Below, piece after piece: positions 55,910 through 64,000 of a stretch of 64,000 nt of DNA. Position 1 is the stretch's first letter. Each line of letters begins with the position of its first letter. Made by a program: the position numbers and the translations under genes. This DNA is from Macrostomum lignano (Eukaryota), in contig NIVC01001498.1 of assembly GCA_002269645.1 (NCBI GenBank), positions 124,001 through 188,000 on the forward strand, in the 5' to 3' direction. Under the pieces are notes generated by a model, which had not been told where the DNA came from, did not search any database, and was given only the letters and a program-made list of their open reading frames with translations.

Positions 55910-58900
55910 ATCTGAAATCTGGGAACAAGGATCTGGGATCTGGGAACAAGGATCTGGGATCTGGGAACTAGGATCTGAGATCTGAGATATGGAAACTAGG
56001 AGCTGGGATCTGAGATCTGGAATCTAGGATCTGAGATCTGGAATCTAGGATCTGAGGTCTGGAATCTAGGATCTGAGATCTGGAATCTAGGATCTGAGAT
56101 CTGGAATCTAGGATCTGAGATCTGGAATCTAGGATCTGAGATCTGGAATCTAGGATCTGAGATCTGGAATCTAGGATCTGAGGTCTGGAATCTAGGATCT
56201 GAGATCTGGAATCTAGGATCTGAGATCTGGAATCTAGGATCTGAGATCTGGAATCTAGGATCTGAGATCTGGAATCTAGGATCTGGGATCTGGGAACTAG
56301 GATCTGAGATCTGAGATATGGAAACTAGGATCTGGGATCTGAGATCTGGAATCTAGGATCTGAGATCTGGAATCTAGGATCTGAGATCTGGAATCTAGGA
56401 TCTGAGATCTGGAATCTAGGATCTGAGATCTGGAATCTAAGGATCTGAGATCTGGAATCTAGGATCTGAGGTCTGGAATCTAGGATCTGAGATCTGGAAT
56501 CTAGGATCTGAGATCTGGAATCTAAGGATCTGAGATCTGGAATCTAGGATCTGAGATCTGGAATCTAGGATCTGGGATCTGGGAACTAGGATCTGAGATC
56601 TGAGAAATGGAAACTAGGATCTGGGATCTGAGATCTGGAATCTAGGATCTGAGATCTGGAATCTAGGATCTGAGATCTGGAATCTAGGATCTGAGATCTG
56701 GAATCTAGGATCTGAGATCTGGAATCTAGGATCTGAGATCTGGAATCTAAGGATCTGAGATCTGGAATCTAGGATCTGAGGTCTGGAATCTAGGATCTGA
56801 GATCTGGAATCTAGGATCTGAGATCTGGAATCTAAGGATCTGAGATCTGGAATCTAGGATCTGAGATCTGGAATCTAGGATCTGGGATCTGGGAACTAGG
56901 ATCTGAGATCTGAGATATGGAAACTAGGATCTGGGATCTGAGATCTGGAATCTAGGATCTGAGGTCTGGAATCTAGGATCTGAGATCTGGAATCTAGGAT
57001 CTGAGATCTGGAATCTAGGATCTGAGATCTGGAATCTAGGATCTGAGATCTGGAATCTAAGGATCTGAGATCTGGAATCTAGGATCTGAGGTCTGGAATC
57101 TAGGATCTGAGATCTGGAATCTAGGATCTGAGATCTGGAATCTAAGGATCTGAGATCTGGAATCTAGGATCTGAGATCTGGAATCTAGGATCTGGGATCT
57201 GGGAACTAGGATCTGAGATCTGAGATATGGAAACTAGGATCTGGGATCTGAGATCTGGAATCTAGGATCTGAGATCTGGAATCTAGGATCTGAGATCTGG
57301 AATCTAGGATCTGGGATCTGGGAACTAGGATCTGAGATCTGAGATATGGAAACTAGGATCTGGGATCTGAGATCTGGAATCTAGGATCTGAGATCTGGAA
57401 TCTAGGATCTGAGATCTGGAATCTAGGATCTGAGATCTGGAATCTAGGATCTGGGATCTGGGATCTAGGATCTGGGATCTGGAATCTAGGATCTGAGATC
57501 TGGAATCTAGGATCTGAGATCTGGAATCTAGGATCTGAGATCTGGAATCTAGGATCTGAGATCTGGGAATTAGGATCAGGGATCTGGGAACTAGGATCTG
57601 AGATCTGAGATATGGAAACTAGGATCTGGGATCTGAGATCTGGAATCTAGGATCTGAGATCTGGAATCTAGGATCTGAGATCTGGAATCTAGGATCTGAG
57701 ATCTGGAATCTAAGGATCTGAGATCTGGAATCTAGGATCTGAGATCAGGAATCTAGGATCTGGGATCTGGAATCTAGGATCTGAGGTCTGGAATCTAGGA
57801 TCTGAGATCTGGGAACTAGGATCTGAGATCTGAGATATGGAAACTAGGATCTGGGATCTGAGATCTGGAATCTAGGATCTGAGGTCTGGAATCTAGGATC
57901 TGAGATCTGGAATCTAGGATCTGAGATCTGGAATCTAGGATCTGGGATCTGGGAACTAGGATCTGAGATCTGAGATATGGAAACTAGGATCTGGGATCTG
58001 AGATCTGGAATCTAGGATCTGAGGTCTGGAATCTAGGATCTGAGATCTGGAATCTAGGATCTGAGATCTGGAATCTAGGATCTGAGATCTGGAATCTAGG
58101 ATCTGAGATCTGGAATCTAAGGATCTGAGATCTGGAATCTAGGATCTGAGGTCTGGAATCTAGGATCTGAGATCTGGAATCTACGATCTGAGATCTGGAA
58201 TCTAAGGATCTGAGATCTGGAATCTAGGATCTGAGATCTGGAATCTAGGATCTGGGATCTGGGAACTAGGATCTGAGATCTGAGATATGGAAACTAGGAT
58301 CTGGGATCTGAGATCTGGAATCTAGGATCTGAGATCTGGAATCTAGGATCTGAGATCTGGAATCTAGGATCTGAGATCTGGAATCTAGGATCTGGGATCT
58401 GGGAACTAGGATCTGAGATCTGAGATATGGAAACTAGGATCTGGGATCTGAGATCTGGAATCTAGGATCTGAGATCTGGAATCTAGGATCTGAGATCTGG
58501 AATCTAGGATCTGAGATCTGGAATCTAGGATCTGAGATCTGGAATCTAGGATCTGGGATCTGGGATCTAGGATCTGGGATCTGGAATCTAGGATCTGAGA
58601 TCTGGAATCTAGGATCTGAGATCTGGAATCTAGGATCTGAGATCTGGAATCTAGGATCTGAGATCTGGGAATTAGGATCAGGGATCTGGGAACTAGGATC
58701 TGAGATCTGAGATATGGAAACTAGGATCTGGGATCTGAGATCTGGAATCTAGGATCTGAGATCTGGAATCTAGGATCTGAGATCTGGAATCTAGGATCTG
58801 AGATCTGGAATCTAGGATCTGAGATCTGGAATCTAGGATCTGAGATCTGGAATCTAAGGATCTGAGATCTGGAATCTAGGATCTGAGGTCTGGAATCTAG

Positions 58901-59775
58901 GATCTGAGATCTGGAATCTAGGATCTGAGATCTGGAATCTAAGGATCTGAGATCTGGAATCTAGGATCTGAGATCTGGAATCTAGGATCTGGGATCTGGG
59001 AACTAGGATCTGAGATCTGAGATATGGAAACTAGGATCTGGGATCTGAGATCTGGAATCTAGGATCTGAGATCTGGAATCTAGGATCTGAGATCTGGAAT
59101 CTAGGATCTGAGATCTGGAATCTAGGATCTGGGATCTGGGAACTAGGATCTGAGATCTGAGATATGGAAACTAGGATCTGGGATCTGAGATCTGGAATCT
59201 AGGATCTGAGATCTGGAATCTAGGATCTGAGATCTGGAATCTAGGATCTGAGATCTGGAATCTAGGATCTGAGATTTGGAATCTAGGATCTGAGATCTGG
59301 AATCTAGGATCTGGGATCTGGGATCTAGGATCTGGGATCTGGAATCTAGGATCTGAGATCTGGAATCTAGGATCTGAGATCTGGAATCTAGGATCTGAGA
59401 TCTGGAATCTAGGATCTGAGATCTGGGAATTAGGATCAGGGATCTGGGAACTAGGATCTGAGATCTGAGATATGGAAACTAGGATCTGGGATCTGAGATC
59501 TGGAATCTAGGATCTGAGATCTGGAATCTAGGATCTGAGATCTAGAATCTAGGATCTGAGATCTGGAATCTAGGATCTGAGATCTGGAATCTAGGATCTG
59601 AGATCTGGAATCTAGGATCTGAGATCTGGAATCTAGGATCTGGGATCTGGGATCTAGGATCTGGGATCTGGAATCTAGGATCTGAGATCTGGAATCTAGG
59701 ATCTGAGATCTGGAATCTAGGATCTCAGATCTGGAATCTAGGATCTGAGATCTGGGAATTAGGATCAGGAATTAG
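55910..59775. repeat. 21-bp satellite (GGATCTG AGATCTG GAATCTA)n built from 7-mers, with recurring variant cassettes
   Basis: Period 21 (56111, 56132...); variant cassette GGGAACTAGG...GATATGGAAACTA recurs. Confidence 0.98.
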
Positions 59776-60749
59776 TAACAAAGATATGGGATTTGGGAAC
59801 TAGGATCTGGGATCTTTTAATTTAGGACCTACTATCTTGGGATTTGCCATCTAGGATGTGTTATCCAGCACGTGGGATCCAGCATGTGGGATCTAGCATG
59901 TGGGATCTAGGATATGGGATCAATCGGATCGGATATCAATTCGTGAATCAACAGGCGGTTATGCGGCCGGTGTCCGAGAGGACCTAAGTAAACAGTTACT
60001 AACACCTTCGATACACACTTGGTATTCAGTCCGTCCAGTCATGATGCATATGTTGAAATGCCTAACGAAACGTCAAGTCCCATTGCGCCAGCGCCTCAAA
60101 GCAGGCCGACGGGACCCTTCTAGCCCTTTACTACATGCAGTAGTAAAGCATGACTAAGAGCAATCCATCAATTTGGTGTTCCAACGGATTTCCTTCTCTA
60201 TATATTGGGCGGACATTCTTGCCTTCTATGCGGTCTGTCTGTGTCTCCTCTCTATCCGGGTTCTACATTTTTCTACTCGTAATTCCGTTTTGTCAGCTGT
60301 GGGCGCAGCGAATTCATAAGCTGACGCAGTCATTTCTAACGCATTATATACAGTTTATGTTAAATAAAATGCCCCGCTCTACTTTTCACCTCTTTCACTT
60401 TGTCAAACTGTCTTTGAAGAGGCCAGGAAGGTTTGGGACTTTTGTCACCCACCCTGTCCCCCGGACAAAAATAAAAGTCGGACAGTGAAAGCAAAAAGCG
60501 CAAAGTCCCGGGACCCGGGCCACTCTGTCATTCTTCAGTAGCTTTTTTGAGGTCGTCTAGACCGACACTTTCAAGGACTGTTGACGGCGCCAGACAAGTA
60601 CGGCTTTGTTTGTTAGCCCGTGCTAATTTCGGGTTGTCAACAGTGCCCGAAAAAAGAAATATAGTGGTCTTGGGCCAAAGCCGATGTTGCTCATTTTGAA
60701 GATAACTCTTTTGTATACATGTTAAGTCTGTGCTTACTTCTTAGCTCGT

Positions 60750-62270
60750 ATCTCCCTCTCCACTCCCCCAATCTCCCTCTCCACTCCCCCAATCTCCCTC
60801 TCCACTCCCCCGATCTCCCTCTCCACTCCTGTCTCCCTATTCACTCCTGTCTCCCTATTCACTCCCCCGATCTCCCTATCCACTCCCCTGTCTCCCTATC
60901 TCGACTCCCCTACCCCCCTCTCCACTCCTATCTCCCTCTCCACTCCTGTCTCCCTATCCACTCCTGTCTCCCTCTCTACTTCTGTCTCCCTATTCACTCC
61001 TGTCTCCCTATCCACTCCTGTCTCCCTATTCACTCCTGTCTCCCTATCCACTCCTGTCTCCCTATCCACTTCTGTCTCCCTATCCACTCCTGTCTCCCTA
61101 TTCACTCCTGTCTCCCTATCCACTCCTGTCTCCCTATCCACTTCTGTCTCCCTATTCACTCCTGTCTCCCTATTCACTCCCCCGATCTCCCTATTCACTC
61201 CCCCTATCTCCCTCTCCACTCCCCTATCTCCCTCTCCACTCCCCTATCTCCCTCTTTACTCTTCTTATCTCCCTCTCCACTCCCCCGATCTCCCTCTTCA
61301 CTCCCCATATTTCCCTCTCCACTCCTCCGATTTCCCTCTCCACTCCCCCGATCTCCCTCTCCACTCCCCCGACCTCCCTCTTCACTCCCCCGATTTCCCT
61401 CTCCACTCGCCCGATCTCCCTCTCCACTCCCCCGATCTCCGTCTCCACTCGCCCGATCTCCCTCTCCACTCCCCCGATCTCCGTCTCCACACCCCAGATC
61501 TCCCTCTTCACTCCCCCGATCTCCCTCTCCACTCGCCCGATCTCCCTCTCTACTCCCCCATTACCCTCTCCACTCCTCATCCTCCTCTTTACTCTTCTTA
61601 TCTCCCTCTCCACTCCCCCATCCCCCTCTCCACTCCCCATCCCCCTCTCCACCCCATCCCCCTCTCCACTCCCCATCCCCCTCTCCACTCCCTATCCCCT
61701 CCACTCTCCATCCCCCTCTCCACTCCCCATCCCCCTCTACTCTTCTTATATCCCTCTCCACTCCCCATCCCCCTCTACTCTTCTTATATCCCTCTCCACT
61801 CCCCATCCCCCTACTCTTCTTATATCCCTCTCCACTCCCCATCCCCCTCTACTCTTCTTATATCCCTCTCCACTCCCCATCCCCTCTACTCTTCTTATAT
61901 CCCTCTCCACTCCCCATCCCCCTCTACTCTTCTTATATCCCTCTCCACTCCCCATCCCCCTCTACTCTTCTTATATCCCTCTCCACTCCCCATCCCCCCT
62001 ACTCTTCTTATATCCCTCTCCACTCCCCATCCCCCTCTACTCTTCTTATATCCCTCTCCACTCCCCATCCCCCTCTACTCTTCTTATATCCCTCTCCACT
62101 CCCCATCCCCCTCTACTCTTCTTATATCCCTCTCCACTCCCCATCCCCTCTACTCTTCTTATATCCCTCTCCACTCCCCATCCCCCTCTACTCTTCTTAT
62201 ATCCCTCTCCACTTCCCATCCCCCTCTACTCTTCTTATATCCCTCTCCACTCCCCCTATCTCCCTCCAAG
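60750..62270. repeat. Pyrimidine-rich compound minisatellite (18-21-bp CTCCCTATTCACTCCTGT units, then ~38-39-bp CTACTCTTCTTATATCCCTCTCCACTCCCCATCCCC units)
   Basis: Direct reading; accounts for the 522-aa S/P/L ORF. Confidence 0.93.
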
Positions 62271-62887
62271 TTCCATGGTTAAACTAAGCAAAATCCAAGG
62301 CAATTCGAGAGCCTAGCGACAAATATCCCCACTCCCCACCTTCCAGGTAGCGTGATGCCCAACCCCCCCCCCGTCTCAGCTGACACGCCCCGGTGGTGGT
62401 GACAAGGAATCGGTCCCGCAACCAAGGCCTGCTACCCATCATTCTTCTCCTGTTGCCATGCAAGCGGTTTCGCTATGGGATGTGAACCATAGGATCCAGC
62501 ATCTAAGCGGTCAGGCGATCATGCGGATCTCGTATAAGGGATTTCTGCTGTTGCGAAAGCAGAAATTGTGACAAATCGTTTTTCAAGCTTGACGACACGA
62601 GCGCTGGGGTGGTGGGGGGCGGTGGAGGCGGGGCAGCGACGGTCTTTGTGCGGCTGTGACGAATGGATATTGGAACTTTTGTTTGGGTGTGTCTTTTTGC
62701 GAAATGTTTAAAGATGGAAGTCGCGATACAGAATGCTGAGGCTGCGGTGAGGATGGCAACCTAAATTAATATTGGGATTTGCATTTTAGATGCCAAAATA
62801 TGGCTCAACTCTGTTGTTTTCGCAATGCTGATAACAGATCAAGACTACTAATTGGCGAGCTTTACTTCAGCATGTATGTGTAATGCC

Positions 62888-63190
62888 CAAATCCAGATCC
62901 CAAATCCAGATCCCAAATCCAGATCCCAAATCTAGATCCCAAATCGCAGAATTCATTTTTCCACTTTTAAACTTATCGCAGAGACCAAAATAAAAACTCT
63001 TACCCCAAATTCTAATACTGATTCCAGATCCAAAAATCGGATTTAGCAAATAACAATCCCAGATCCCAAATCCCAAAATCAGATTTAGCAAATAACAATC
63101 CCAAATCCCAAAAATCGGATTTTTCAAATAACGATCCAAATCCCAATATCGGATTTTCAGATAACGATCCCAGATCCCAGATCCCAAAAT
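62888..63190. repeat. Degenerate AAATCCAGATCCC / AAATCGGATTT repeats
   Basis: Direct reading; opposite orientation to the GGGATCT arrays. Confidence 0.75.
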
Positions 63191-63847
63191 CGGGCAAATT
63201 TTCACAATTAAAACCTTTGGCTCTGTTTCTGGTTTTCTCAGTCCTCAAATTCAAAACCCATCTTCTCTACTTCCTTTCAATTGAAATTATGTTATTCCAT
63301 CCCCAACAAGTTGCCAGATCGAATCTTAACTAACTCTTCAAATGCTATGGATATTATAGATCCAGGGGCTTCATCACAACATAACAAAGGTTGATATTAT
63401 TAATTAGGTTCCCAGCTGTCTTCCCAAAGCAATGGGGAACTCTGCAGCCTTGTTCAGTGTATTCTTAAGGAGGTTAAAGCTTGTAGCAACGCGTTAAGCT
63501 TAAACGAAAGATTTATAGACAGCAATGGATTTCGAAGAGCCGATGTTACTAAATGATACTAACAATGCAATTGCAGCAGAAAGAATGGCAGTTGCCCATC
63601 GTAAATTAAATTTGATGCCCCTTTAAGCGCCGTAGAATCCAAAGTTCAAAAGTGAGGGTTACCGAGGCTACCAGGCACCAGGCAAGCGATGTGAAAGAAT
63701 ACCTAGTAATTTTAGCAGTAGGTCAGTGACAGTGGGACAATTAAAATTCCGGGACTGACTCGATAAGTATGTGCAATTTTTGCCGTGGAACCTTCCACTC
63801 TATGGTGTCAGAGTTGAAAAAGAAATCTGGAAGATGCCTTGTCTTCT

Positions 63848-64000
63848 GGATCCAGGATCTGGGATCTAGGATCTGGGATCTAGGATCTAGGATCTAGGAT
63901 CTAGGATCTGGGATCTAGGATCTGAGATCTAGGATCTGAATCTAGGATCTAGGATCTGGGATCTAGGATCTGGGATCTAGGATCTAGGATCTGGGATCTA
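63848..64000. repeat. 7/14-bp (GGATCTGGGATCTA)n repeat running off the window end
   Basis: Same 7-mer building blocks as the 55.9-59.8 kb array. Confidence 0.92.

Noticed and set aside
63729-63830. CAGTGGGACAATTAAAATTCCGGGACTG as a Tc1/mariner-like terminus
   Set aside because: No matching inverted partner or transposase remnant found in the window.

Overview
Eukaryotic (animal) genomic DNA with spliceosomal introns and the standard genetic code. The GC-rich exons and very dense, unrelated minisatellites resemble the flatworm Macrostomum, but that assignment is inference only. The first ~13 kb is gene-dense. It holds the last exon of a UMA-domain (UMAD1-like) gene and a four-exon neuropeptide precursor at 3936-4585 that the ORF track misses (signal peptide, VCSDHINLHYCYSWNV, then KR; elevenin-like C-x8-C-x5-KR spacing). 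It also holds intronless ISCA1, an uncharacterised Ig + Cys-rich + TM gene, and an intronless ZnT2-like zinc transporter. The stretch 13-19 kb is AT-rich and non-coding. From 19.7 to 35.8 kb on the minus strand lies an 11-exon PTK7/off-track-like receptor pseudokinase (~1351 aa model, probably 7 Ig domains, one GC-AG intron), and each of its 10 introns carries a different tandem repeat. From 36 to 64 kb I find no credible CDS; it consists of mini- and microsatellite arrays (some with higher-order periods), a complete tRNA-derived SINE with an 8-bp TSD, and Helitron-like fragments. All exon models were built by hand from splice consensus and reading-frame phase; no database search was run.
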